Assembly (NCBI GenBank): GCA_016193315.1
Contig: JACPSJ010000001.1
Location: 791,478 to 855,477, forward strand
DNA: 64,000 bases
Direction of reading: 5' to 3'
Source of the DNA: Candidatus Kerfeldbacteria bacterium
Lineage (GTDB): Bacteria > Patescibacteriota > Patescibacteriia > SBBC01 > CAIJZX01
Part shown: one piece after another, positions 47,561 through 57,082 of the stretch
Layout of the letters: every line of letters starts with the position of its first letter
Position numbering within the stretch: the stretch's first letter is position 1
The notes under the pieces: model-generated
Told to the model about the DNA's origin: nothing
Databases searched by the model: none
Seen by the model: only the letters and a program-made list of their open reading frames with translations
Translations under genes and position numbers: made by a program

Positions 47561-47631
47561 TTAGCTGAAGACGCGTCATGGCTGTAGTATAGGATACCGA
47601 AGATAAAAATGCGAGGGCTGTGGATAACACA

Positions 47632-47652
47632 CTGAACACTTCAAGTGTTCAG
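47632..47652 (-). promoter_or_regulatory. Palindrome CTGAACACTT-c-AAGTGTTCAG overlapping the dgkA stop codon (core TGAACAC-N5-GTGTTCA)
   Basis: Perfect 10-bp arms; second copy of the core shared with 46277..46299. Confidence 0.4.
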
Positions 47653-48011
47653 AATAATTGCACCAGTTGGGGACCAAGAATCAGCAGCCCAATGGCGATC
47701 GCGGCCACGGCGGTGATGAGGACGGCGGCCGCCAGCAGATCTTTGATCAAGCCAGCGTAGGGGTGGATACGCGGCTCCAGGAGATCAACAAACCGTTCGA
47801 CCACTGTATTCACCAATTCTAGGGTCAGGATGCTGCTGATGAGGAAGATAATCAGAGCCGCTTGAACCCGGTCGAGCCCGGTGGCCAGGAGCAGGACCAC
47901 CACCACAATCGCCACCGCCAGGTGCAGGCGGAAGTTGTTTTCGCTGTCGAGCGCCCAGCGCAGTCCACGACCGGCGTGACGGAGGCTGGAAAAGAATTGT
48001 TTGAGACTCAT
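47649..48011 (-). CDS. dgkA: Diacylglycerol/undecaprenol kinase (DgkA family)
   Basis: 120 aa, 3 TM; NFRLHL and E..NTVVE motifs. Confidence 0.75.
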   Translation of the reverse strand: MSLKQFFSSLRHAGRGLRWALDSENNFRLHLAVAIVVVVLLLATGLDRVQAALIIFLISSILTLELVNTVVERFVDLLEPRIHPYAGLIKDLLAAAVLITAVAAIAIGLLILGPQLVQLF

Positions 48012-48472
48012 GACTGAACGGTGATCGCTTCCTCTCGCTGTCGCCAGCGCTCGGCCGCCGCCGGCGTGTGGTGGTCAAAACCGCAGAGATGCATCAGGCC
48101 ATGGACCAGCAGGGAACGAAAATGCTGGGCGTAGGTCCGCCGGTATCGACGGTACTCACGACGCACCATCGCCGGACACAACACGATTTCACCCCACTGG
48201 CGTTCCGCCGGCGACGGGCGAAAAACATCGGGCGTAGACAGTCGCCAACTCAACACGTTGGTTGGCCGATCGATGCCCCGCCAGCGTCGATTGAGCCGGC
48301 GGCTGGCAGTGGGCTTCACGACGGCGATCGAGAGTTCGCCAGCCGGGCTGGCCAAGCGGCGACGGACCGTCTGCGCCCAGCGGCGGATAGCGGTCGTTGG
48401 GAGACCGGCCGAAACCTGACAATGAATGGCAACCGGGTATCGCCCAGGGCGGTTAGCTCGTGGCCGCGACAA
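48008..48472 (-). CDS. ybeY: rRNA maturation endoribonuclease YbeY
   Basis: Zinc-binding motif HGLMHLCGFDHH; the start is uncertain because the upstream gene overlaps by 20 nt. Confidence 0.8.
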   Translation of the reverse strand: MSRPRANRPGRYPVAIHCQVSAGLPTTAIRRWAQTVRRRLASPAGELSIAVVKPTASRRLNRRWRGIDRPTNVLSWRLSTPDVFRPSPAERQWGEIVLCPAMVRREYRRYRRTYAQHFRSLLVHGLMHLCGFDHHTPAAAERWRQREEAITVQS

Positions 48473-49634
48473 GCTTGAAGCTCCGAACCATCATCTCAAA
48501 GGTAGTCCAGTAGTTGACTTGGGTCAACGAACCAGTGGTGTACTGGAGACTGTACACCTTCGTGTCGCGGAAGAGGTAGACGGCGCTTTCGTCTTCGCTA
48601 TAGATCCCTTCGAAGCCACCGAAGGTAATGGTCTTCAGACTGTTGACGTTAGCGTTTGGGTTAGCGCTTTGATACCAAGCCTCGGGGGTTTGACGCGTGG
48701 CATTGTCATGAATCCGCACTTGGAAGAACTCTCCCGTGGCTTGCGACGGGTTGATGAGGATGCCACCGGACTGATCCTGAACGCCAGTCCAGGTGCTGGG
48801 GATGAGCAGGCTGTAGGTATTGGTACCGTTCAGCTGCCGCTTGACGAGGGTCGAATCTTCGAGGCGACCGGAACCTTTGGGGTTGTAGCCATTATAGACC
48901 TCGCCGATCACGGTGCCATCGGACCGTTCCTGCTTACCGTCGATGAAACTGTCCTGATCGCTGTCCGGCTTGCTCGAGTCGGTGCCGTAGACGACCTCTT
49001 CGATATCGGTCAAGCCGTCACGATCACCGTCAGCCGACGATGGCAGCGGCGTCAAGCGCGGGGTGTTGGTGTTGGCATTGCCGTTAGCATTGGCATTCGT
49101 GTTCGCATTTGCGGCGTTAGTGTTGGCGTTGGCGTTGGCGTTGGCATTCCCGTTGACGTTGAGGTTGCCGTTCGTCGCACCGTTGACATTACCATTGGCG
49201 TTTCCATTGGCATTCCCGTTGATGTTTCCATTGGCCGGGCTATTGGTGTTGAAGTTCTGGTTTCGGTTTTGATTGACGACCGAGCCGTTGGTGTTATCAT
49301 TGGCCGGCTGGTTAAACACGTTTTGGAAAACGTACAGGCCCGCTACCCCCAGACCGGCCAAGACCAGAACCACGATGAGGATGATCAGGAGGCGTTTTGT
49401 TTTCCGTCCGCCGCCGGTGGGGCCAGGGGTGACCGACCGGAACTTTTCGGGCATGGTAAAAACTTTGGGCTGAGCCGCGCTGGGCTGGCTGGGTGGGGTC
49501 ATTGGCGAAGGTGGTGGGGGGGGAGGTGGCGGGTTGAAGGTCGGCGGAGGCGGTGGTGGGGGGGTGAAACTTGGTGGCGGTGGCGTCATTGGTCCCACTG
49601 GCGGGACAGTCGGGTTGTCAAACATAGGCTCCAA
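48453..49634 (-). CDS. Membrane-anchored protein with a Pro-rich cytoplasmic N-terminus, an NG/NA low-complexity linker, an Asp-rich Ca-binding (thrombospondin type 3-like) motif, and a C-terminal globular domain
   Basis: N-terminal PPPPPPP tracts, one TM helix (LLIILIVVLVLAGLGVAGLYVF), (NG/NA)n repeats, then DGDRDGLTDIEEV..DSSKPDSDQDSF. Confidence 0.5.
   Translation of the reverse strand: MEPMFDNPTVPPVGPMTPPPPSFTPPPPPPPTFNPPPPPPPPSPMTPPSQPSAAQPKVFTMPEKFRSVTPGPTGGGRKTKRLLIILIVVLVLAGLGVAGLYVFQNVFNQPANDNTNGSVVNQNRNQNFNTNSPANGNINGNANGNANGNVNGATNGNLNVNGNANANANANTNAANANTNANANGNANTNTPRLTPLPSSADGDRDGLTDIEEVVYGTDSSKPDSDQDSFIDGKQERSDGTVIGEVYNGYNPKGSGRLEDSTLVKRQLNGTNTYSLLIPSTWTGVQDQSGGILINPSQATGEFFQVRIHDNATRQTPEAWYQSANPNANVNSLKTITFGGFEGIYSEDESAVYLFRDTKVYSLQYTTGSLTQVNYWTTFEMMVRSFKLVAATS
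49060..49260 (-). repeat. Tandem GTTGGC/ATTGGC-type hexanucleotide repeats encoding an (Asn-Ala/Asn-Gly)n linker
   Basis: Directly visible repeat gttggcgttggcgttggcgttggcattcccgttgacgttgaggttgcc...; within the CDS 48453..49634. Confidence 0.6.
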
Positions 49635-49637
49635 AGT

Positions 49638-50150
49638 TTATTGGTTTGATAGTTGTTGAATGGCTTCGTTCAAATTGCGGAGACTGCCGCTGCCAAGTGG
49701 GTTATCACCACGGGCAATTTCTTGACCGTCGGTCCCTCCGTCCCCGTCGGAGTCCTGAAGACGAGGGTTGGTCTGGTAGACGCTGGTTTCCTCGCGGTCG
49801 CTCAAGCCGTCGCCATCGCTGTCCGCCAAATCCGGATCTGTTCCCAAACGTTGTTCTTCGTCGTCCGCCAGCCCGTCACCGTCGCCGTCGTTGAGTATGA
49901 CTACTGGAAATCGTTCAAAGGTTGGGCGGGTGGTTCGATTCGTGGCGTTTGTTTGGTCGGTCGATGCGGCCGGGCGATCATTGACCTCCGTGGATGGCCG
50001 CCGTGACCACCATTGCTGAACTAGCAGTCCGCCCAGACCAACCAGGATCGCTACCCCCAGTATAAAGAATATTCTGGACCTTGCCAACCAGGACCTGCCC
50101 TCCCCGCCTGGGGACGGTGGCGTGGGTAGAGATAGCGACGGGTCAGGCAT
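49638..50150 (-). CDS. Small membrane-anchored protein with thrombospondin-type-3-like Asp-rich Ca-binding repeats
   Basis: 170 aa; TM helix IFFILGVAILVGLGGLLV; repeats DGDGDGLADDEE, DSDGDGLSDREE and DSDGDGGTDGQE. Confidence 0.5.
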   Translation of the reverse strand: MPDPSLSLPTPPSPGGEGRSWLARSRIFFILGVAILVGLGGLLVQQWWSRRPSTEVNDRPAASTDQTNATNRTTRPTFERFPVVILNDGDGDGLADDEEQRLGTDPDLADSDGDGLSDREETSVYQTNPRLQDSDGDGGTDGQEIARGDNPLGSGSLRNLNEAIQQLSNQ

Positions 50151-50152
50151 GG

Positions 50153-53100
50153 CTAGGGCCGGAGGGCATAATTAAAGCAGGAGCAGTTGCTGCCAGGAAT
50201 GCCGCTGCACGGGTTCGACCCCGGGGCATTGATAAAGTTGCCGGGACGGGTGTACTGCATGTTGGCGTAGAGAGTGTACGTGCGGCCGTCGGATTGGTAA
50301 GCATAAATGGTTGAACCGGACGGGCATTGAAAGGCCTTCCGCAGCTCCGACCAACAGCTGTCGGCTTCATAGCGGTCGTCAACCGAGACCTCCGGCGGCT
50401 TGCATTCCGGAATGAAAACATTGGCCGGATCTTCGGGCAGCGCCCGTCCCAGGGCGTTCCCCAGCGTCTGTTGCCAGGATGGCCAGCGCGAGGTCGACAT
50501 CCCGATCAGGAACGACCCGGCGGTTAGCTTCGGATATTCGTCGTTCTCCTCGTGGTAGTCTTTCAGGGCGGCCTTTATTGCTGCCAGGTCTTGAACGCGC
50601 CTGGTGTCGTCGCGGAGAATCGGGCGCCAACCGGCTCCCGGCAAGTTGGTGTTAAATACCACGGAGTTGATCATCTGATTGAAAATGTTCTTCGTTTCCG
50701 GTGCGGCCGCGTTGGAGTTGTAGTCGATAACGAAGATGAAGCCTTCGAGCGGTCCGCCGTCAGTGATATCGGTCACCCCGATGTAGGCGGTGGTGCCAGT
50801 CCGAAACGCCGGGTAGCCGCCGATGGTGGTCGAACTGCCACCGCTGTCGAGCGGAAAACGTTGACGAAACCACTCGTACGGCGGGAGCAAGTCCGGGTTG
50901 CGATAGATAAGCAACCCGATGACGTCACGGCTGGTGGCCGATTCTTTAAAGAACATGCTCTTGACCCGATTAGGGTCGGCGGCATTCTGACCTTCGATGA
51001 CGCCGAGCCGACCATTTGAACCGGTGTAAATGAAATCGGGGAGCAGCGGCCCGCCGCTTTTCCCCCGGCAGTAGGACATGGTGAAATGGTAATCCGGACA
51101 CGGTGCCCGGCTGTCGCAATTGCCGACGGCGTCGGTAAAGCCGCTCTGGTCGGCATCGACGTAGGCCCATGGGTTCTCACAGAAATCAACAATAGCATCG
51201 GCGTCACCGCAAATCTTTTTACCCTCGTCGCTGCCAACGCTGTCCTCCGTCACATTGGCGCAGGCCTGAATCGTCGTCGCACCATTGGCGCGGGCGGTAA
51301 CGTTGGCAAACGTGAAGTTCCGGTCATCGGGCCCGGCCATCGATGCGCTGGCCACGCCCTCATTGCTGCTCTTCCAGCCCCACTTCCAGGCGTAGACGCC
51401 GGGCACATTGCTGACTCCCTCACCGCGCTCCGATAGGGCCCCGGCCCAAAAAAAATGGACTTCATCCTGGGCGGAAAATCGCCAAAAGTTCGGGCTCACT
51501 TGGATGTCGGCCACCCGACAAATGCTATCGCCGGTTGTATAGGTTATCGGACTGGTGATCGCGCTCGTGGTAACGTTGGCCCGAACGCCGTTCGTCCCGC
51601 GGATGAGCGTATCCCCACCGTAAGTGATTTTTTCGACTTTGATATCATCGCACCAGGTCTTGGCGCCCCACCAAGCGTAGCAGTCAATATGCAATTTCGA
51701 GGCCGGGAAAGCGCGATTCGTTTTGGCCACCACGACTTCAATGAATTTCCATCCACCCGAGGGACCGGAGAACACTCCTGGGGCGGCGTCAACGAGATCG
51801 AAACCGCAGTTATTGAAATCGTGACAGACGACAATGAGCCCATTTTTTTTGCCTGGCGTCGACCCCTCAACTTTGACCCAGCCGGTGACGCGGTAGAGCA
51901 CATCAAAGTCTTCCGTCCCATCAATCGTTTGCGCCTCCCATGATTGATCCCCGGCCGGGCAACCGCTGCAGTCCGCAAAGCCGGAAAATCCGGTGTGGTC
52001 GGGTGGAACGTCTCGGGACTGCTTCCCGTTTCGGTTACCCCAGATGGTCGGGACGCCATTGACATCGGCCTCCTCAAAGCTGGGATTGCCGAACGCAAGG
52101 ACCGTTGTCGTGCTGCGGGTCGTCAGGTGGAACGTTTGGAGCGCGCTCGGGGACAGGATGCCGGGGCTGTAGAGTAACCGCCCACTCGAACCGTCATTGA
52201 GAACACGGGATGAGCCGAACACAACGCGACCCTTATCGAGGTACTGAACCGTCTCGCCGGTGACTGAGGCTTCATCGATCGGCTGGTCGAACGTCACCTC
52301 GAGGCGGGTGTTGCGACAGATGCCCGTCGCCCCGTCGGCCGGACTGGTACCACTGATCGTTGGCCGGGGCCGGCAGCAGAAGTCGCGAGCGCAGCCATAA
52401 TCTTCGGTGGAGTATTCCGGCGCGCAGTGGTCGTCGATGGCGCAGCGCTTGGTGGTGCAGCTCAACGCGCCGGGATCGCTGACTTCGAACGGCCAGGGGT
52501 TTGAGCCGACGTCTTCGTTCTTCACTCGTACCTCGCTCGGACCGACGGCCGCGTCGGTCGGGATCTGGGTGCCAATCTTGGTGTCTTCCCAGCTAGCGTA
52601 GGTTGACATGATCGCCAGGGAGCCCGAGCCAAGGTGAATAATATTGGCCTGGTCATGATCGGTCCGCTTCGCCGGTTCGTCGTCGCCGAAGCGGGCGCCG
52701 CTCGCGGTCACGCCGGTCAAGATCGGGCCCCGCGTTGGGTTGAGGCGACAAAGGCCAGGCGTGAGGGCGTCACTGTTGACCGTGAAATCCGGCCCGTCAG
52801 CCTGCCGGTCGTCGAAACGGTTCACCCTGACCGGGCCGCTGACGGCGTCGTCGCCGCCATCGGGCGTGCTGCGGTTCGGGACCTCGCGAACGATCCGCTC
52901 GTTGGTCCACGTTGCCGCCGGTGAGAGACAAATATCAGAATCGGGGGCAATTCCTTCGCGATCGTCGGCATCACCGGCGGCCCCGAGGAAGATGACCTTG
53001 CTCTTGGCGCCGTCGTAGCCACCGAACCAGCAGCCTTTGACCGTTGTCCAGGTACCAATCGGGCCGGCGGTGGGGTCAAGTCCGTTGACCACCGGCGTGC

Positions 53101-56100
53101 ATCGATTATCCTCGCAGGTGGATCCTGGACAAGCTTCCCCGAAGCGGTTCGTCCGGCAGTCATCGCTCGATCGACACGAGGTCGGATCATAAAGAATGCG
53201 CACCGCGCGGGAGGTTTTTCCCTCCGTAGCCACGGTCGTGTCCGTTGATCCGCCCGCCACCGGATCCGCCGGATTAAACGCTAGCACGCTCCGACCAGAG
53301 CGGCCACTCAGTTCGGCGGCATCGCTATTATTGGTATCCCAGGCATAAGTCAAGCTGCCGGCATCCAGCAGGCGGCATTCCGCATCCAGCGGCTGGGCGC
53401 TCATGTTGACACCATACGGCGTCTCCCGGAAAGTGTAGCTGATCGGACTGGCCGCCACCGCGGTGCCAAAGGCGACCGAGGAATTGATGACTACGCTGGC
53501 GATCGGGCACGGTGCGCCGTCGGCCTTGGTGGTAAACTGCCATACATACGGACCGGCCAGTGGGATGTCGGTTGCGCTTTTGACCCCGGTGGTAATCGAG
53601 GCTTGGTAGTTCGTGGAGGCGGACAGGCCGCCGGTCGGATGGAGGCTGCAGCCTGGATCGCATTTCTCCAAGTAGATGTTGCCGGTAGTGAAGGTGGTGG
53701 TATTCATGTCGACCGTGAAACGGGCCGTGACGTCGCTGTTCAAACAGACGTCGACATCTGACCGGCGGGGGCTCGGGCTCGGCAAGATGCCACCCTCAAG
53801 ATCGCAACTTGCTTCTTCCGCCACTCGCGGCGTCGTGTCTCCTGGTCCGGCCGGAGCGGTGACTGAGTAGGGCAAAGCATTACTCACGGCACCATCGCCT
53901 CGCCGGACGGTCAGGAGCGCGCTCAGCGGCGCCGGCGTAGTGGCTGGGATCTGAGCATTTCGAATCTGTTCTTCTGACCAGGTCGCCGCGCTGACGTTAC
54001 CGAGTTTCGGTGGTGGCGCCGGCGAGAATAAGACGGCACTGTTGCCGGGGTCGTAGCTGCCAAAACGTTTACCGCCCAAGGTGGTGTAAGACTCCGGGGG
54101 ACCGCTATTGGGAGTAACGGACAGCAAGCACACCCCGTCGCTACCATCGCCGGCCTGGAGAAAGAGGTTTTCCTCGTTGCTTTCCAACGGACCGATCGGA
54201 TCATCATACTTGACGGTCACCTTGTATGGATGCGTTTTGTCGAACTCACCGGCGTCGAACGGCGGGTCCGGCGTTGTCACCTCGGACACGATAACGTTAT
54301 TCTGCCAGCCCAGCACCGGCTGATCGGTCCCCTCGAGTTGAACAATGTCGCCGGGGTTCTGCCCATCGCTCTCTCGCACGGCCGCTCCCGGCGGCTTCTT
54401 CTCGAAGTAATTGCCGACCACGGAGACGCAAGCTCCAGTTTGTCCGCTACTGGGGTCTAGGCGATCAATGTATGGCGGCTGGACGCAGCTTTCGGCCGTA
54501 CCGGTGGTAAAGCTCCAGGTGCGGCTGAGTTTCGTGCCTTCACGATCGATGACCAGATCGGTATTGACCGTGGCCGTATGTGGCGTCTCCGGGCTAAGCA
54601 GCAGCGTCTCTGGCACAAAGCCGTACTTCGTACAACTCCGTTCTGGATGTTCTGAATCGAGCGGGTCGAGCACCCGAAAGCCGCGGCCCGGATTCGGGGA
54701 CAAGGTCCCGTCGCGAACCAGGCTGCCACCGCCAGGTTCGCAGTCTGGTTCGCCGATCTTCCACATCGAAGTGGCGAACTTGACGAACACTTCGCTGGCA
54801 GGACAGATGGTCCCGGCCAAGGGGTAAACGAATTTAATGCCAGCCACGACATCGTTCGTTTCAAACACCCATTCGTACGGTGTCGCCTGTTTCGTGCCGC
54901 ACAGGGAATAGAAATCCTTAGCCACAATCTTGTACCACGTAAACGGCTCGAGGCGGACGCCGTCTTTGAGCTGCAGCCAGGCGCCGGTGCCGAACGGCTC
55001 GACCGTGTAATCACTAGACGGGAGCGGCGTCGGATCAACCGTCCCGCCGGTACCATCATCCGGATCCGGCGCCGTGGTAAACTTGAATAGTTGAATATTG
55101 TCATTCGTCACCAGGTTCGTGTCAATGGCGTTGTTGAATTCAACCTTGAACGGATATCGCTCGCGGTCGACGTTGCGGTCCGGTTTGCCGACCCCGGTGA
55201 GGTAGGTCGAGCTTGGCAGCGTTGACGATGCTTCTAGCGCTGGACCGGACACATCGGTGCCCACGCTGAAGGTCCAGTAAATCAAGTTGTTTGTCTCGTC
55301 CACCTTGCAATTTTCGCCTGGCACAGCATCCCCCTCGATCGGTTCACCAGCGCTGTTGCGCTGACACTTCTGCAGCGTTCGGCCCGGATCAGTCGTGTCT
55401 TTGATGGCGGTGGGGGCGTCGCGGGCCGGAACGATCAACCGGTAGGTGGTGTTGGTGGCGAACCAGCGGTTGTCCGGGCTGGCTTCATCCTCGCTGAACG
55501 AACGATGGTAAAAAGTGATAGCTTTGCCCTTGGCTACCCACTCGGCTTTGGTGTCGCCAGCCGCGCCAGTCGGCCGGTCGCCGGAGAAAACCTGGGGGCT
55601 GATCTTGCTGCCAGCTGGCAGACTAAACTCGCCGTCTTCGCAAATGTCATCGCCTACGCCGTCGCCTCTGACATCACTACACTCCAAAATCACCAGATTG
55701 GGATCGCCATCGGCCAAGTCGTCCTCCACCGCCGCTCTGACGGTGTCGATATCCAGATCGTGGTTGAAGTACAAGGCCGCGGCGCTCGAGCGCGGCACGT
55801 TGGTGTCGTAATCCGGACGGACGGCACAGGTGGTGACGCCGGTCAGGTCGAACGTCCGTTCGCCCGACCCCAGACAGCCGAAACCGACGCAGCCACCGCC
55901 GCGATCGCTATTGCTGCTGGTCGTCACCCGCTGGAACGTCCGGACGACAAAGAAGACGATCGCCCAGGCCAGGAGAATAATCACTAGGCCGATGAGCGCC
56001 TGCAGAATGACTTCTTTCGCCTTCTCCACCCGCTGCTCGTTGCCGCCGGCGGTCAGCCACAAGTAGCCACCATAGATGAGATAGGCCACCGCCACCAGGG

Positions 56101-56320
56101 TCACCAAGCCGAGCAGGATGCGGATGAGATTGATGATGACCTGCCGCAGGTCGGCGCTGCCCAAACCGATCCGGCTGCCGATCGACTCGACGCTAAAGGT
56201 GGTCGCCGTTTGGGCCGAGACCGTGCCGCTGGCAAAGGCCCACCAGCCGAGCAGCAGGCCGGCCACGAGCACCCCAGTCACGAGCAGGGCGCGTCGGTTC
56301 ATCCCAGGCAAGGCGGACAT
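50153..56320 (-). CDS. Giant (2,055 aa) Cys-rich surface protein with an N-terminal TrbC/VirB2-like (T4SS-pilin-like) two-helix domain and multiple Ig/IPT-like extracellular domains
   Basis: After a signal peptide, the segment VIINLIRILLGLVTLVAVAYLIYGGYLWLTAGGNEQRVEKAKEVILQALIGLVIILLAWAIVFFVV has the helix-loop(GN..AK)-helix layout of conjugative pilins. About 1,900 aa follow, with many Cys pairs and repeated IPT-like starts (DRLDPSSGQTGAC.., VNGLDPTAGPIG..). The C-terminal ~150 aa are Cys-paired and globular. Confidence 0.7.
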   Translation of the reverse strand: MSALPGMNRRALLVTGVLVAGLLLGWWAFASGTVSAQTATTFSVESIGSRIGLGSADLRQVIINLIRILLGLVTLVAVAYLIYGGYLWLTAGGNEQRVEKAKEVILQALIGLVIILLAWAIVFFVVRTFQRVTTSSNSDRGGGCVGFGCLGSGERTFDLTGVTTCAVRPDYDTNVPRSSAAALYFNHDLDIDTVRAAVEDDLADGDPNLVILECSDVRGDGVGDDICEDGEFSLPAGSKISPQVFSGDRPTGAAGDTKAEWVAKGKAITFYHRSFSEDEASPDNRWFATNTTYRLIVPARDAPTAIKDTTDPGRTLQKCQRNSAGEPIEGDAVPGENCKVDETNNLIYWTFSVGTDVSGPALEASSTLPSSTYLTGVGKPDRNVDRERYPFKVEFNNAIDTNLVTNDNIQLFKFTTAPDPDDGTGGTVDPTPLPSSDYTVEPFGTGAWLQLKDGVRLEPFTWYKIVAKDFYSLCGTKQATPYEWVFETNDVVAGIKFVYPLAGTICPASEVFVKFATSMWKIGEPDCEPGGGSLVRDGTLSPNPGRGFRVLDPLDSEHPERSCTKYGFVPETLLLSPETPHTATVNTDLVIDREGTKLSRTWSFTTGTAESCVQPPYIDRLDPSSGQTGACVSVVGNYFEKKPPGAAVRESDGQNPGDIVQLEGTDQPVLGWQNNVIVSEVTTPDPPFDAGEFDKTHPYKVTVKYDDPIGPLESNEENLFLQAGDGSDGVCLLSVTPNSGPPESYTTLGGKRFGSYDPGNSAVLFSPAPPPKLGNVSAATWSEEQIRNAQIPATTPAPLSALLTVRRGDGAVSNALPYSVTAPAGPGDTTPRVAEEASCDLEGGILPSPSPRRSDVDVCLNSDVTARFTVDMNTTTFTTGNIYLEKCDPGCSLHPTGGLSASTNYQASITTGVKSATDIPLAGPYVWQFTTKADGAPCPIASVVINSSVAFGTAVAASPISYTFRETPYGVNMSAQPLDAECRLLDAGSLTYAWDTNNSDAAELSGRSGRSVLAFNPADPVAGGSTDTTVATEGKTSRAVRILYDPTSCRSSDDCRTNRFGEACPGSTCEDNRCTPVVNGLDPTAGPIGTWTTVKGCWFGGYDGAKSKVIFLGAAGDADDREGIAPDSDICLSPAATWTNERIVREVPNRSTPDGGDDAVSGPVRVNRFDDRQADGPDFTVNSDALTPGLCRLNPTRGPILTGVTASGARFGDDEPAKRTDHDQANIIHLGSGSLAIMSTYASWEDTKIGTQIPTDAAVGPSEVRVKNEDVGSNPWPFEVSDPGALSCTTKRCAIDDHCAPEYSTEDYGCARDFCCRPRPTISGTSPADGATGICRNTRLEVTFDQPIDEASVTGETVQYLDKGRVVFGSSRVLNDGSSGRLLYSPGILSPSALQTFHLTTRSTTTVLAFGNPSFEEADVNGVPTIWGNRNGKQSRDVPPDHTGFSGFADCSGCPAGDQSWEAQTIDGTEDFDVLYRVTGWVKVEGSTPGKKNGLIVVCHDFNNCGFDLVDAAPGVFSGPSGGWKFIEVVVAKTNRAFPASKLHIDCYAWWGAKTWCDDIKVEKITYGGDTLIRGTNGVRANVTTSAITSPITYTTGDSICRVADIQVSPNFWRFSAQDEVHFFWAGALSERGEGVSNVPGVYAWKWGWKSSNEGVASASMAGPDDRNFTFANVTARANGATTIQACANVTEDSVGSDEGKKICGDADAIVDFCENPWAYVDADQSGFTDAVGNCDSRAPCPDYHFTMSYCRGKSGGPLLPDFIYTGSNGRLGVIEGQNAADPNRVKSMFFKESATSRDVIGLLIYRNPDLLPPYEWFRQRFPLDSGGSSTTIGGYPAFRTGTTAYIGVTDITDGGPLEGFIFVIDYNSNAAAPETKNIFNQMINSVVFNTNLPGAGWRPILRDDTRRVQDLAAIKAALKDYHEENDEYPKLTAGSFLIGMSTSRWPSWQQTLGNALGRALPEDPANVFIPECKPPEVSVDDRYEADSCWSELRKAFQCPSGSTIYAYQSDGRTYTLYANMQYTRPGNFINAPGSNPCSGIPGSNCSCFNYALRP

Positions 56321-56354
56321 GGTTCTGGTGTTTGGTCTTTGGTCGTCGGGCTGG

Positions 56355-56795
56355 TTAGCGCAAAAGGGTTTTGACGGTCGCCGATACTCGCTCGCCTTCG
56401 GCCTGGCCCTTAATTTTTTTCATCACCGATCCCATGACGCGACCGAAATCACCCGGTCTAGCCTTCAGTTCAGCGATCGTTTCTTTTACCACCGTCTCGA
56501 GTTCCTGGTCGCTGTACTGAGTCGGCAAGTAGTACATCAGTTCTTGAAGTTCGGCTTGCTCTTTGGCGGCCAGGTCGGCCCGCCCCCCCTGCTGGTAGAG
56601 AGCTAAGGCTTCGCGTCGGCGTTTGGCCTCAGTGGTCAGAACGGCGATGATTTCCTCATCATTGAGGTTGTGCCGGGCGGCGATCTCGGCGTTCTTGATG
56701 GCCGATTTTAAGAGCCGTAGCACGTCAATCTTGACCCGCTGGTGGGCTTTGAACGCTTGCTTGTAGTCGTGTTCAATTTTTTCCATCAAAGCCAT
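56355..56795 (-). CDS. yqeY: GatB/YqeY domain protein
   Basis: 146 aa; typical YqeY N-terminal pattern (AFKAHQRVKIDVLRLLKSAIKNAEI) and a C-terminal GatB_Yqey helix bundle. Confidence 0.75.
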   Translation of the reverse strand: MALMEKIEHDYKQAFKAHQRVKIDVLRLLKSAIKNAEIAARHNLNDEEIIAVLTTEAKRRREALALYQQGGRADLAAKEQAELQELMYYLPTQYSDQELETVVKETIAELKARPGDFGRVMGSVMKKIKGQAEGERVSATVKTLLR

Positions 56796-56806
56796 CGCAC
56801 GGGCGG

Positions 56807-57082
56807 TTAGCTGACGGGGATGGTCGGTAATCGCTTGCGCCGACGGGGACGATTTTTCAAATCAAATTCTTCCAGCTTGCCGAGTTTGCGTAGTAACTCC
56901 CGCTCTTGGCGGATGGATTGGCGCCGCAGCGCATCCACGCGAATTGCCCGTTTGTTCTTCGGCGGCTCGTAGAACCGCCGCTTCTTGGCTCGCAGGAGAA
57001 CGCCACTCTGCTGGATACGTTTTGAGAACCGCCGGAGTAGGCTTTCGCTTGATTCATTGTTTCGTCGCCGGACTTCGATCAT
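56807..57082 (-). CDS. rpsU: 30S ribosomal protein bS21
   Basis: MIEVRRRNNESSESLLRRFSKR... and a highly basic C-terminus; 91 aa. Confidence 0.85.
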   Translation of the reverse strand: MIEVRRRNNESSESLLRRFSKRIQQSGVLLRAKKRRFYEPPKNKRAIRVDALRRQSIRQERELLRKLGKLEEFDLKNRPRRRKRLPTIPVS

